Shown: positions 9,057-18,583 of the stretch, in pieces
Layout of the letters: every line of letters begins with the position of its first letter
Position numbering within the stretch: position 1 is the first letter of the stretch
Assembly: GCA_964453435.1 (NCBI GenBank)
Contig: CAYVQZ010000002.1
Coordinates: forward strand, 20,555-84,554
Length of the DNA stretch: 64,000 nucleotides
Direction: 5' to 3'
DNA from: an uncultured bacterium
GTDB taxonomy: Bacteria > Abyssobacteria > SURF-5
Notes under the pieces: model-generated
Told to the model about the DNA's origin: nothing
Databases searched by the model: none
What the model saw: only the letters and a program-made list of their open reading frames with translations
Made by a program: the position numbers and the translations under genes

Positions 9057-9953
9057 ATGAACAGGCTCCATGGTTCGCCAAAAGGGTTTACGCTTGTTGA
9101 GCTGCTCGTGGTGATTGCTATCATCGGAATCCTTGCCGCTTTCTTGCTTCCGGCCCTCAGCAAGGCGCGCGAGGCTGCGCGACGCTCCGCCTGCGCAAAT
9201 AACCTGAGGCAGCTCGGGCTTGCGCTGGGCCTGTATGCGTCTGAGAACAGAACGAAATATCCCCCCGTCGAGAACGTGAGTAATAAGTTCATGTTCGATG
9301 CGGGTGGAATGTATCCGGAATATCTCTCCGATGCGTCTATTCTCGCTTGTCCTTCCGACCCCGAATACGACCCAAAAACCAACTTTCGCTTGAAGGCGGA
9401 TGCGATAGTGAGGGAGAACGTTTACGGAGCGCAGACACGGCAATTCAAAGGCGGAACAGTACATCCGGACTGCATTGGACCCGTGAGTTACATATATCTC
9501 GGCTGGCTGGTAATGAATGACAGGGAGCTTCTCTCGGGGGCCGCGATATACACGTGGATGGACTTCGTGCTTCCGATCAGCCACTGGGCAACCGACGGAT
9601 GGCGGGACCGCGAAAGAAACATAGCGTCCTTTGGATTCGCCGGCTCCGGGAATGCCGGAGGTAACCTGCACAGGCGGCTGTCCGAGGATGTTGACAGGTT
9701 CCTTCTTTCTGACATCAATCACGTTCTCAGCAGTGCGAGTTCGGGCGCTAGCAGGGTGCCGGTTATGTGGGACCAACTGTCAACCCACATCAGCGATTTC
9801 AGCCATCTTCCCGCCAGCCAAAATGTATTGTACCTTGACGGGCACGTGGAGCACAAACGCTACGACGACGTGACAACAGAGTTCCCGATTTCTCCACTGT
9901 ATGCGGCTTTTAATGGCGGAGCGAGCTATCGAACGTCGGATTACTGTCATTGA
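9057..9953 (+). CDS. DUF1559 / H-X9-DG family protein with type IV pilin-like N-terminal cleavage/methylation domain
   Basis: N-terminus [56 protein letters not shown] is the prepilin N-methylation motif plus the conserved DUF1559 helix. The C-terminus has H...YLDGHVEH, an H-X9-DG-like motif. Confidence 0.8.
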   Translation: MNRLHGSPKGFTLVELLVVIAIIGILAAFLLPALSKAREAARRSACANNLRQLGLALGLYASENRTKYPPVENVSNKFMFDAGGMYPEYLSDASILACPSDPEYDPKTNFRLKADAIVRENVYGAQTRQFKGGTVHPDCIGPVSYIYLGWLVMNDRELLSGAAIYTWMDFVLPISHWATDGWRDRERNIASFGFAGSGNAGGNLHRRLSEDVDRFLLSDINHVLSSASSGASRVPVMWDQLSTHISDFSHLPASQNVLYLDGHVEHKRYDDVTTEFPISPLYAAFNGGASYRTSDYCH

Positions 9954-10068
9954 AGGCGCATTGGAAAGAGGAAAAGACGCAAAGCGGTCGCGACAATGTG
10001 CGCCACGTGTCGTCGAAAAACGTTAAGGTAGAGAATCGTTCCGGAGCTACCCGATTGCCTCGGTTTTC

Positions 10069-10896
10069 TCACAGCCCTCTTTCTCTTCTTACTTTGTCCA
10101 CAGTCTTATCCAGAAACCGGTTTACGAGCGAGGGCGCAAGCCTGTTGGCCAGGTTGAACATTTTCCCCGGAAGATTCGGAATGATGATGAAACGACCTTT
10201 CTCCATTCCGTGAATGGCTTCTTTTGCCACTTCCTCCGGCTTCATTAGTTTGGCGCCTTCGGAAATCCTGAGTGTCTCAAGAGGCTTCGCCTTGTTCTCG
10301 TTTTCAAACATCGGGGTATCGACGTCCGGCGGACAGAGCACCGAAACGCCGATTTTGTAGGGACGCAGTTCGCTTCTCAGCGCTTCCGAGAAGCCGACGA
10401 CTGCAAATTTGGAGCCGGAGTAACTCGTATATCCGAAGATGCCTTTCAGACCGCCCAGGCTCGATACATTAAGAATCCACCCCGTCCGTCGTTCAATCAT
10501 TCCGTTGATGACCTGCTTTATCGTGTACACCGTGCCGAGGTAGTTGACTTTCAGCTCGGTCTCCATTGATTCGATGGAAAGGTTTTCCACGTACCCCGGA
10601 TTCACGTAGCCGGCGCAATTTACGAGCATCTGAGTCGGGCCGCAGGCGATTTCGGCCTCCCGTATCGCATTTTCCACAGCCGTAAAATCGGCGACGTCAG
10701 CGGCGCAGCATCCGAACCGTTGTCCGGAGCTTTTGGCGTTTCTTCTAACCTCATCCAAGGCTTCCTTCAAGACATCGTTTCGCCTGGCGATCAGGAAGAC
10801 GTTCGCCTGCCGTTGGGCGAATTCTTTGGCGAGGCACTTCCCGATTCCGCTTGAGCCCCCCGTCACGATGGCGCACTTGTTTGCGAGATTCATCAT
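10069..10896 (-). CDS. short-chain dehydrogenase/reductase, 3-ketodihydrosphingosine reductase (KDSR)-like subfamily
   Basis: 275 aa with TGGSSGIGK, NCAG, YSGSKFA and the segment PPDVDTPMFENENKAKPLETLRISEG, which closely resembles the KDSR motif PPDTDTPGF..ENRTKPLETRLISE. It is a tandem paralog of 11015-11839. Confidence 0.75.
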   Translation of the reverse strand: MMNLANKCAIVTGGSSGIGKCLAKEFAQRQANVFLIARRNDVLKEALDEVRRNAKSSGQRFGCCAADVADFTAVENAIREAEIACGPTQMLVNCAGYVNPGYVENLSIESMETELKVNYLGTVYTIKQVINGMIERRTGWILNVSSLGGLKGIFGYTSYSGSKFAVVGFSEALRSELRPYKIGVSVLCPPDVDTPMFENENKAKPLETLRISEGAKLMKPEEVAKEAIHGMEKGRFIIIPNLPGKMFNLANRLAPSLVNRFLDKTVDKVRRERGL

Positions 10897-11014
10897 TTTT
10901 CATGATTCCGTTGCGACAGTGTATTTTCCTCACGCTTACCCATTGTACCGAGAAATGCCAGCGTGGCGACGCGGTAGCCTATTACGGAATCCCCTCTCTG
11001 TTCACTTGACCGAA

Positions 11015-11839
11015 TCACGCGTCCCGCTCTCTTCGCACCTTGTCGACGGTCTTGTCGATGTACTTGTTGATCAGTGAGGGGGCCAGGCGATTCCCGATAT
11101 GAAGCAGCTTTCCCGCCAGGTTCGGGATGATAAAGAACGAGCCTTTTTCCAGACCCTTTATTGCGGCGCGCGCCACGTCATCCGCATGCATCAGCTTTGC
11201 CGTGTCGGAGATTCTCAGCGTTTCTGGCGGCTTTTCGCGGGTGTCGTTCCTCACCCGTTCCGTGTCGACATCGGGCGGACAAAGAACCGAAACGTGTATT
11301 CCGTGAGGGCGGAGCTCACTGCGGAGGGCTTCCGAGAACCCGATCAGGGCGAATTTCGCTCCCGAATATCCCGCGTAACCGAAAACTCCCTTCAGGCCCG
11401 CGAGACTCGAGATATTCATGATCCATCCCTCACGTCGTTGCATCATGCCCTCGATTACCTGCTTGCAGGTATACACGGTCCCGAGGTAATTCACGCGTAT
11501 CTCTGTTTCGATGTCGGAGATTGGGAGTTTCTCGATGTAGCCACCCAACGAGAAACCGGCCGAGTTGATGAGCAAGGCGGGCGGACCGCATTCTGCTTCG
11601 GCTGCCCGCATGGCCTCCTGCACGGCGGGCAGCTCCGACACGTCGCAGCGGTAATAGCCAAATCTCTGCCTGCTGCTCGAAGCCAGGTGGCGAAAATCGT
11701 CAATCGCCTTCCGGAGAGGAGCCTCTTCTCGCGCCATGATGAAGACATGCGCGCCGCGCCGGGCCAACAGGTCCGCTATGGCCTTTCCGATACCCTTGGA
11801 GCCGCCGGATACGATTGCACATTTGCCGGCTATGTTCAC
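11015..11839 (-). CDS. short-chain dehydrogenase/reductase, KDSR-like subfamily (paralog of 10069-10896)
   Basis: 274 aa, about 55-60% identical by eye to the neighbouring SDR (SGGSKGIGK...NSAG...YSGAKFA...PPDVDTERVRNDTREKPPETLRISD). Confidence 0.75.
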   Translation of the reverse strand: MNIAGKCAIVSGGSKGIGKAIADLLARRGAHVFIMAREEAPLRKAIDDFRHLASSSRQRFGYYRCDVSELPAVQEAMRAAEAECGPPALLINSAGFSLGGYIEKLPISDIETEIRVNYLGTVYTCKQVIEGMMQRREGWIMNISSLAGLKGVFGYAGYSGAKFALIGFSEALRSELRPHGIHVSVLCPPDVDTERVRNDTREKPPETLRISDTAKLMHADDVARAAIKGLEKGSFFIIPNLAGKLLHIGNRLAPSLINKYIDKTVDKVRRERDA

Positions 11840-11872
11840 TTTTCTTCTCCCGGCTGGAAATTGTGAACCACA

Positions 11873-12862
11873 CTATCTGTCCAACCATTGGCCGATGCCT
11901 GATTCGAGCGCCGAATCATAAAGCTTTTTTGCGACAGCTGCATCCTCGACAGCCAGCCCGAGATGCATTGACATAATTCGTTCGTCCGCCGTGTCTCGTC
12001 CGGTCTTCGTCGAACACACGACCTCGGATAAGTCAGCATACAATTCCGAAAACACACCGAAGTATCCCTGCTGCCGATAAAAGCGGAACTGCGGGACATC
12101 GTCAGTGAGAATTTTGTCGAATTCTTCTAATGCGCTGCGGCTCCAGTATGTGTCGAAGTCTACTGGACTCGCGAAGGCGCCTGCTTTGACCCAGCCTGCC
12201 TCTATAGCAGGCTCGGGAACCTTCTTGATCGGTCCCGCGGTGACAATGATGTCCGCCTCGACGATTGTCTCACGAGGGGAGCCGCATTTTTGAAATTGCA
12301 GTTTCGGAAACGTCTCTGACATCTCCGCAACGTATGTTTCGAGCACCTGCGGAGAAATGTCATATGCCATGACGGAATTAAGCGAGGGGAATGCTGCTGT
12401 CATCGCTTCCAGGTGTGAGCGACCCTGTACACCGCAGCCAATAATCGTCAATGTCTGCGGATTGGAATTTGCAAGGTGTTTCGCGGCAACCGCCGAAGCG
12501 GCGGCAGTCCGCATGGCCGTGATCCACGTCGCATCCATAACGGCCAGCGGCATGCCGGTTTCCGGGTCGTTCAAGATAAGAAGGCCGCTGATGTATGGCA
12601 GGGACCTCATCGGATTCTGCGGATAGCCGCTCACCCATTTGAGCGCCGCCGCCTGCAAGGAAGGCACATACGCCGGCATCGCATGAATGAAAGAATCCGG
12701 AAGGGGGTGAATTCCGGGCTTTGGCGGCATTTCAACATTGCCCGCGCCCTTCTCTCGGAAAACCTGCTCCACGACATCCATTATCCGGGTTATCCCGAGA
12801 CCCGTCCGGACAACATCATCTTTCGAAAGATAAAGGATTGGGGATAGATTCTTCTTCGACAT
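11873..12862 (-). CDS. ornithine cyclodeaminase / mu-crystallin family NAD(P)-dependent enzyme
   Basis: 329 aa with a Rossmann GxGxxG (IIGCGVQGRSHL) and OCD-family N-terminal and catalytic segments. It is co-oriented with, and 33 bp upstream of, the two KDSR-like SDRs. Confidence 0.75.
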   Translation of the reverse strand: MSKKNLSPILYLSKDDVVRTGLGITRIMDVVEQVFREKGAGNVEMPPKPGIHPLPDSFIHAMPAYVPSLQAAALKWVSGYPQNPMRSLPYISGLLILNDPETGMPLAVMDATWITAMRTAAASAVAAKHLANSNPQTLTIIGCGVQGRSHLEAMTAAFPSLNSVMAYDISPQVLETYVAEMSETFPKLQFQKCGSPRETIVEADIIVTAGPIKKVPEPAIEAGWVKAGAFASPVDFDTYWSRSALEEFDKILTDDVPQFRFYRQQGYFGVFSELYADLSEVVCSTKTGRDTADERIMSMHLGLAVEDAAVAKKLYDSALESGIGQWLDR

Positions 12863-13006
12863 TCGCTTCTCCGGGGGGTTTCTCAGTTTCGAAATGATAT
12901 CAACACCCGGAAAGGAATGTCAATCGGGCGTTGGGTTCAGCTTGTTTCTTATAGTTTCTATCAGGCACTGGGAATTATACACGGGCGACCGTGGTCAGAC
13001 GGTTCC

Positions 13007-13035
13007 TTGAACCCCCCTTCATGTCATGATATAAT
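13007..13035 (+). promoter_or_regulatory. sigma70-type promoter TTGAAC-17-TATAAT upstream of tlyA
   Basis: TTGAAC at 13007-13012, a 17-bp spacer, and TATAAT at 13030-13035, about 30 bp upstream of the tlyA start. Confidence 0.4.
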
Positions 13036-13064
13036 TTGCGAGAAAGGTCGGTTCGTCCGGAAAT

Positions 13065-13835
13065 TTGATGGAAGATATTGTCACAAAAAAGGATAGGCTG
13101 GACAGGCTTCTGGTAGAGTTGAAGCGTGTCCCCACTCGGGCCAGGGCGAAGGCCTTAATCATGTCCGGACGCGTAAAGGTTGACGGAGAGATTATCGACA
13201 AAGCGGGGTCACTGGTCAGGCCGGACAGTGACATTGAAATTACTGAGGGACCCGAGTTTGTCAGTCGGGGCGGCGAGAAACTGGAGCATGCCATTGACCA
13301 TTTCCGACCCCAACTGGAGGGTCGGGTTGCACTCGATGTGGGAGCCTCGACGGGAGGCTTTACCGATTGTCTCTTGAAACACGGAGTGCGCAAAGTATAC
13401 GCGGTTGACGTCGGTTACGGACAGCTTGCGTGGACAATACGAAAGGACCCCCGTGTCGTGGTGATGGACCGCATAAACGCGCGAAATTTGAAACGCAGCA
13501 TGCTTGAGGAGCAACCGGAGATCGCCGTGATAGATGTTTCTTTTATATCTCTCACACTCGTTCTGGCGCCTGTCGCCGATGCGCTTGTCGACAAAGGAAA
13601 AATACTTGCACTGATAAAACCCCAATTCGAGGCGGGGCGCGATAAAGTTGGCAAGGGCGGAGTCGTGCGTGACCCGAAAGTCCACAAAGAGGTTATCGGA
13701 AAGGTGACAGCCCACGCACGGCGGCTTGGCCTGCTGTCAAGAGGCACGGTCGAATCGCCCATTTTGGGTCCGGCGGGCAACAGGGAATTCTTTGTTTGTC
13801 TCGAGAAGGATGCCGGTTCCATCTCACGGGAGTAG
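13065..13835 (+). CDS. tlyA: TlyA family rRNA (cytidine-2'-O)-methyltransferase
   Basis: 256 aa with an S4-like N-terminus (RLDRLLVELK...ARAKALIMSGRV), an FtsJ-like MTase core, DVGASTGGFTD and the catalytic K. Confidence 0.8.
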   Translation: MMEDIVTKKDRLDRLLVELKRVPTRARAKALIMSGRVKVDGEIIDKAGSLVRPDSDIEITEGPEFVSRGGEKLEHAIDHFRPQLEGRVALDVGASTGGFTDCLLKHGVRKVYAVDVGYGQLAWTIRKDPRVVVMDRINARNLKRSMLEEQPEIAVIDVSFISLTLVLAPVADALVDKGKILALIKPQFEAGRDKVGKGGVVRDPKVHKEVIGKVTAHARRLGLLSRGTVESPILGPAGNREFFVCLEKDAGSISRE

Positions 13836-13842
13836 GGCCATA

Positions 13843-14382
13843 ATGTCGATAGTGCGGTGTCCGAAATGTCGAGAGCTTATGCAGCCGCGGGAAATAAGCG
13901 GGCATTACGGCGCCAGGTTCTCGCTCTTTCAGTGTCCCGAATGCTCGGGCCTCTGGTTGGACAAGGATATCGCCTTTGCGATAAGCAGAGATTCGGCCGT
14001 CGAGGTGGAATCCGATGTGGAGTTTGAGGAGGTGTCCACCGTACCTCGAGAGGCGCCGCTGTATTGTCCGCGTTGTACGGTCTATCTGATGGAGCAAAGC
14101 GGAAACGGCCTGCCGAAGGGACTCCACGTGGATTATTGCACGACATGTCACGGTTTCTGGTTCGACAAGGGCGAGCTGATGATTTACAAGAGCTACCTCG
14201 AAGAAAAAAAGAAACGGAGCCGGAAGAGGCTTGGTGATAGCGAAGCTGCAAGGAGCAGGGAGAAGCAGCGCCGTGAGCGCATACGAGAGCAGGGCCGAAC
14301 GGGGGACATCTCTTTGCATGTCCCTTACTCCGGCATGGCGGCTGCGAGACTGTTGAGCAGGGTCTTAGGATTTCTGGGATGA
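13843..14382 (+). CDS. zinc-ribbon protein with two TFIIB-type Zn-ribbon modules and a basic Lys/Arg/Glu-rich tail
   Basis: Two repeats of CPxC...M...G..CxxCxGxWxDxxE (MSIVRCPKCRELM...CPECSGLWLDKD; YCPRCTVYLME...CTTCHGFWFDKGE), then EEKKKRSRKRL...EKQRRERIREQ. The start was moved to ATG 13843 (track ORF 13726). It overlaps the nadK start by 4 bp. Confidence 0.55.
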   Translation: MSIVRCPKCRELMQPREISGHYGARFSLFQCPECSGLWLDKDIAFAISRDSAVEVESDVEFEEVSTVPREAPLYCPRCTVYLMEQSGNGLPKGLHVDYCTTCHGFWFDKGELMIYKSYLEEKKKRSRKRLGDSEAARSREKQRRERIREQGRTGDISLHVPYSGMAAARLLSRVLGFLG

Positions 14383-15266
14383 TGGATATACAAGAGAAAA
14401 GGTCTGTGACCAAAATCGGCATCATAGTGAACCCGACCAAGACCGAGGCGTTTCCTCTCATTGGAAGGGTAATTTCCTGGCTTTTGGAAAAAGGTGTGGA
14501 AATAGTTCTTGATTCTTCTGTTTCCGATGCGATAAGCATGCCTGTGGAATCGAGTCCTCCCAAAGATATACCCGGCCATGTCGATTTCATCGTGGCGTTT
14601 GGAGGAGACGGCACCATGCTGAACATGGCCAAGCATTTCAATGGAGTGGCGACACCGCTCATGGGTATCAAGGTGGGCGGCCTCGGATTTCTCACCGGCG
14701 TTACCGAAGAGGAAGTGTTCAGCACGCTCGAGGAAGTATTGGCGGGTCGGCACAGGATCGAGCGACGAATGATGCTGAGCTGCTCGGTCATACATTCGGA
14801 CGGCACAAAACACCGCGAGCAAGAGGCTCTGAACGACGTCGTTATTCAAAGGGATGCTTTGGAGCGCATTCTCACGCTTGAGACATATGTTGATGAAGAA
14901 TTTCTCGCCTCGTATGCGTGCGACGGCTTAATCATCTCGACGCCGACCGGCTCGACCGCTCATTCGCTCTCGGCGGGCGGGCCGATTGTATACCCCGAGG
15001 CCGAGGCCATTTTGATAACTCCCATATGCCCTCACATGTTAACGAACCGTCCGCTCGTGCTCACCGCGGACCAGGTGTTACGGGTGGTCGTGGTCTCACA
15101 ACAAGCCTCGCCCGGTTTGATGATTGACGGTCAGGTGGCGGTCGAACTGCATCAATGGGACCAGGTTATCGTTCGCAAGTCTCCTTTTTCGATCAATCTC
15201 GCCGCCTCGTCGAGGAAGAGCTATTTCGAACTTTTACGCACCAAGCTCAACTGGGGACGCCGCTAA
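14379..15266 (+). CDS. nadK: NAD(+) kinase
   Basis: 295 aa with the GGDGT motif (VAFGGDGTMLNMA), NDVVI and DGLIISTPTGSTAHSLSAGGPIV, the classic PpnK/NadK signature. Confidence 0.85.
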   Translation: MMDIQEKRSVTKIGIIVNPTKTEAFPLIGRVISWLLEKGVEIVLDSSVSDAISMPVESSPPKDIPGHVDFIVAFGGDGTMLNMAKHFNGVATPLMGIKVGGLGFLTGVTEEEVFSTLEEVLAGRHRIERRMMLSCSVIHSDGTKHREQEALNDVVIQRDALERILTLETYVDEEFLASYACDGLIISTPTGSTAHSLSAGGPIVYPEAEAILITPICPHMLTNRPLVLTADQVLRVVVVSQQASPGLMIDGQVAVELHQWDQVIVRKSPFSINLAASSRKSYFELLRTKLNWGRR

Positions 15267-15270
15267 TCTC

Positions 15271-16995
15271 ATGCTGGAAACGCTTCACATCAGGAATTTC
15301 GCGCTGATCGACGAACTCGTGGTCCCGTGGAGGCCGGGACTGAACGTGTTGACGGGCGAAACCGGCGCCGGTAAATCGATTATTATCGATGCCATGAGTC
15401 TCCTGTTGGGCGAAAGGGCGGCCGGAGCCTTCGTTCGCAAGGGCGCTCAGTCCGCCGACATCGAGGCCTTATTTGATATATCGTCGTATGTGCAACTCAA
15501 GGAGCTTCTGGACACCTTCGAGCTCGATGGCTCTCGCGACGAACTGCTGCTCAGACGCCTCATCACCGCCGAAGGAAGAAGCAAGTGCCTGGCGAACGGG
15601 TCGGTTGTGACGCTTGCAATGCTTTCAAAAATCGGTGACCTGCTTGTTGATATCCATGGGCAGCATGAGCATCAATCATTACTCAGTTCCGCCAAACACC
15701 TCTTCTTGCTTGACGAGTTCGCAGGACTCGGAGCAGACGTGGCTTACATCAGCCAATGCTATCAGCGACTGAAAGAGCAAGTCTCGACTCTGGAACGCGT
15801 GAAGGCTCGCGAGACGGCACAAAATCAGCGTGCGGCCGAGTTGCAGCAGGAGCTTGAACTCCTCGATAAGGCCGGTTTGAAAGAGGGGGAGGATGAAGAA
15901 ATCAAGTCGCGGAGAGATGTGATCGCGAACGCGGAGCGAATTCACCGGCTCGCCTCGGAGGCATATGACGTGCTGTCTGGTGGCGAGATGCATCCCCAGC
16001 CTCTTGTGCATATTTGGGACAACATAATGCATGCGCTGAAGGAGATAGCAGAGATTGACCAAACTCTGAGGGGACTCGTGAGCGAGTATGACGAGCTCAA
16101 GTTCAGGTTTTCCGACTTGGCTGACACTCTGCAGTCATACCTCGGACGACTGGAATACGATGCGGCGGAACTCGAGGCGCTGGAACGGAGACTCGAGGCG
16201 ATATCCAAACTCAGGCGACGCCACGGGTGCGAATCCCTGCAAGCTTTGCTCGAACTCAGAGAACAGATGCGACACGAATACGAACAACTCACTGGGACGG
16301 CCGGCGAGAAGGCCCGCCTGCAGAGCGAAATCGAAAAAGCCAGCGAGGAAGTCGGCAAGATGGCCATGGTGCTTTCTCAGAGAAGAAGGGAGGCGGCGGG
16401 CAGGCTCGAGAGAAAAGTGCAAACGCACCTTCGCGACCTTGGCATGGGCAGAGCTCGTTTTGTCGTGTCGTTGAAACAGGAACAGTCTCCGGATGGACTC
16501 GCGAGATATAAAGACAAAACTTGGAAGCTCTGGAGCACCGGAATAGATACGGCCGAGTTCTTGTTCTCTGCCAATGTCGGAGAACCGCCGAAACCGCTTA
16601 AAGCGATTGCATCCGGCGGAGAAATTTCGCGCATCATGCTCGCTATCCGCACCATACTTGCCGAGGCCGACCACGTGCCCGTAATTATTTTCGATGAAAT
16701 CGACGTCGGAGTCGGCGCCAGCATGGGGATGCCCATCGCCGAGAAATTGTCCTCCGTCGCATCTTCACGCCAGGTAATCTGCGTGACTCATCTCCCGCAC
16801 GTGGCCGCGATGGCCGATAATCATGTGGTGGTTGACAAATTGGTGCAGGGTGGACGCACTCGCACCGAGATATCCTTCGCTTCGGGGCAGGACCGCATTC
16901 GGGAAATTGCGAGAATGCTCGGAGGGGAGGCGACCGGCCAAATTTCGCTCCGGCACGCCGAGGAATTGCTTGGGCTCTCCCGAAAGGCGAAATGA
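15271..16995 (+). CDS. recN: DNA repair protein RecN
   Basis: The start was moved to ATG 15271 (MLETLHIRNFALIDELVV...). It has the Walker A GETGAGKS, a long coiled-coil, and the SMC signature region SGGEISRIMLA. The tlyA-nadK-recN order is a conserved neighbourhood in many bacteria. Confidence 0.85.
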   Translation: MLETLHIRNFALIDELVVPWRPGLNVLTGETGAGKSIIIDAMSLLLGERAAGAFVRKGAQSADIEALFDISSYVQLKELLDTFELDGSRDELLLRRLITAEGRSKCLANGSVVTLAMLSKIGDLLVDIHGQHEHQSLLSSAKHLFLLDEFAGLGADVAYISQCYQRLKEQVSTLERVKARETAQNQRAAELQQELELLDKAGLKEGEDEEIKSRRDVIANAERIHRLASEAYDVLSGGEMHPQPLVHIWDNIMHALKEIAEIDQTLRGLVSEYDELKFRFSDLADTLQSYLGRLEYDAAELEALERRLEAISKLRRRHGCESLQALLELREQMRHEYEQLTGTAGEKARLQSEIEKASEEVGKMAMVLSQRRREAAGRLERKVQTHLRDLGMGRARFVVSLKQEQSPDGLARYKDKTWKLWSTGIDTAEFLFSANVGEPPKPLKAIASGGEISRIMLAIRTILAEADHVPVIIFDEIDVGVGASMGMPIAEKLSSVASSRQVICVTHLPHVAAMADNHVVVDKLVQGGRTRTEISFASGQDRIREIARMLGGEATGQISLRHAEELLGLSRKAK

Positions 16996-18434
16996 GACGC
17001 CTGCGCTATCTTCTTTTTCTGCCCATTTTCTTGTTCATAACGAATCCGTCGGCCTCCTCTTTGCACGCGGCCGAGAGAGGCGTCGGATTCACCCCAATTG
17101 TGCTCACCGTTGCCGGTGTTATGCTTCAGGCGGATTCCGGCGACCTCGACGGCAATGGCGAACAAGACCTCGTACTTGTTTACAAGCCGTCGCGCGAATC
17201 ATATGAGAAGTGGTGCGCCGTTCACTTTCAGCAAGATGGCGCGATTAAAAACAGTGCAGACCTGCAAATCTCTCTGGGCGACAGCGTTAGCGCCATGGAA
17301 GTTGCCGACATCGATTCCGATGGAACGGACGAGTTGTATCTGTTTGACAATGACGGAGCGCTTCGGCTCCTTTTTGCTCCTTCGTTTTCCGGGGAGCCGG
17401 AGAGAGTGCTTCAGTGCAAGACAATCCTGCCCGGCATCAGCCGACACCTCAGCAAGGTCTCATGGATGAACGATATGAATTCGGACGGACGAGTGGATGT
17501 TTTGGTTCCGGTCGCCGACGGAATGAAGCTCTTTTTGAACTCCGAAAATTCGGGATTCATCGAATCCGGCGTGCTCGAGTTTCCGCTGAAGGGTTCGGTG
17601 AAAGGCGAGGGCGGGCAGAATTACGTAAGCTACCGGCTGCCCCACATAACGTTCTCCGATTTCGACGGCGACGGGCATACTGATGTGGGCGCATTTGACC
17701 TCGAACGGATGGACTTTTTCCTGACAAATGGCGGCCCCGTTCCCACGCAGCGCGTGTGGTCGCCGCTCGTCAGAAAGTTCACCAAAGATTTTGTCGCTGC
17801 GACCGGCTTCCAGGACCTGAACAACGACGGAGTTCCCGATGCGGTCATTGTTCTCATGTCACAGAAAAAGAATCTCCAAAGCGAAGTGCAAATTTATTTC
17901 GGAAGGCAGGACTTATCGTACGCAGACCAGCCGACACATGTTTATTCCGGCGACGCGAGACTCATTTTGCCTCTGTTTCTTGACGTAACGGGTGACGGAA
18001 AAATGGAGATGCTGCTCCAGGATATCGACGTTGGGTTCGGCTTCTTCCTCAACTACTTTTTAGCTAATCGCATTCGGGTCAGCACAGGATTGCACAAAAT
18101 TTTGCCGGACGGCACATACGACGCCAAGCCGTGGGTTCAACGGCCGCTTTATATACGGGTAAGCGAGGCCGGAACGGAACCCGCGCGCGGGGTGGGCGAT
18201 TTCAACGGCGACGGTCTCGATGACCTGGCCGTTGGCAGAGCCGAAGACCGGTTGTCAATTGATCTCGCCGATAAAGAGACCGGCCTGTCCGGAGAACCCG
18301 GCCACGAATATTCGGTTCCCGCATACGGAGCCATGTCGACATTGGACCTGAACTCGGATGACCGGAGCGACATCATCATTCTGTATTCGGAAGAAGAGAG
18401 GGCCGGTCAAATAACGGTGCTTCTGTCGAAGTAG
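16992..18434 (+). CDS. secreted FG-GAP/VCBS-like repeat (beta-propeller) protein
   Basis: 480 aa with an N-terminal signal peptide (LFLPIFLFITNPSASSLHA) and multiple D-x-D/N-G-D/N-G-x-x-D calcium-loop repeats (DLDGNGEQD, DIDSDGTDE, DFDGDGHTD, DLNNDGVPD, DFNGDGLDD). Its start overlaps the recN stop (ATGA). Confidence 0.6.
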   Translation: MRRLRYLLFLPIFLFITNPSASSLHAAERGVGFTPIVLTVAGVMLQADSGDLDGNGEQDLVLVYKPSRESYEKWCAVHFQQDGAIKNSADLQISLGDSVSAMEVADIDSDGTDELYLFDNDGALRLLFAPSFSGEPERVLQCKTILPGISRHLSKVSWMNDMNSDGRVDVLVPVADGMKLFLNSENSGFIESGVLEFPLKGSVKGEGGQNYVSYRLPHITFSDFDGDGHTDVGAFDLERMDFFLTNGGPVPTQRVWSPLVRKFTKDFVAATGFQDLNNDGVPDAVIVLMSQKKNLQSEVQIYFGRQDLSYADQPTHVYSGDARLILPLFLDVTGDGKMEMLLQDIDVGFGFFLNYFLANRIRVSTGLHKILPDGTYDAKPWVQRPLYIRVSEAGTEPARGVGDFNGDGLDDLAVGRAEDRLSIDLADKETGLSGEPGHEYSVPAYGAMSTLDLNSDDRSDIIILYSEEERAGQITVLLSK

Positions 18435-18583
18435 TGTGCCGCTTCCTCCCTCCAAATCGCCGCACAGTTGTGCCTCGGGTGGGGAATGTTTTTCTCCCGT
18501 CATTTCGTTCCTGCCATTCTCATGAAAGTCACGACGAGAATTGACGGCCTTCGGGTTAGCAGGACGGGGGAGGGGATTGGAAA

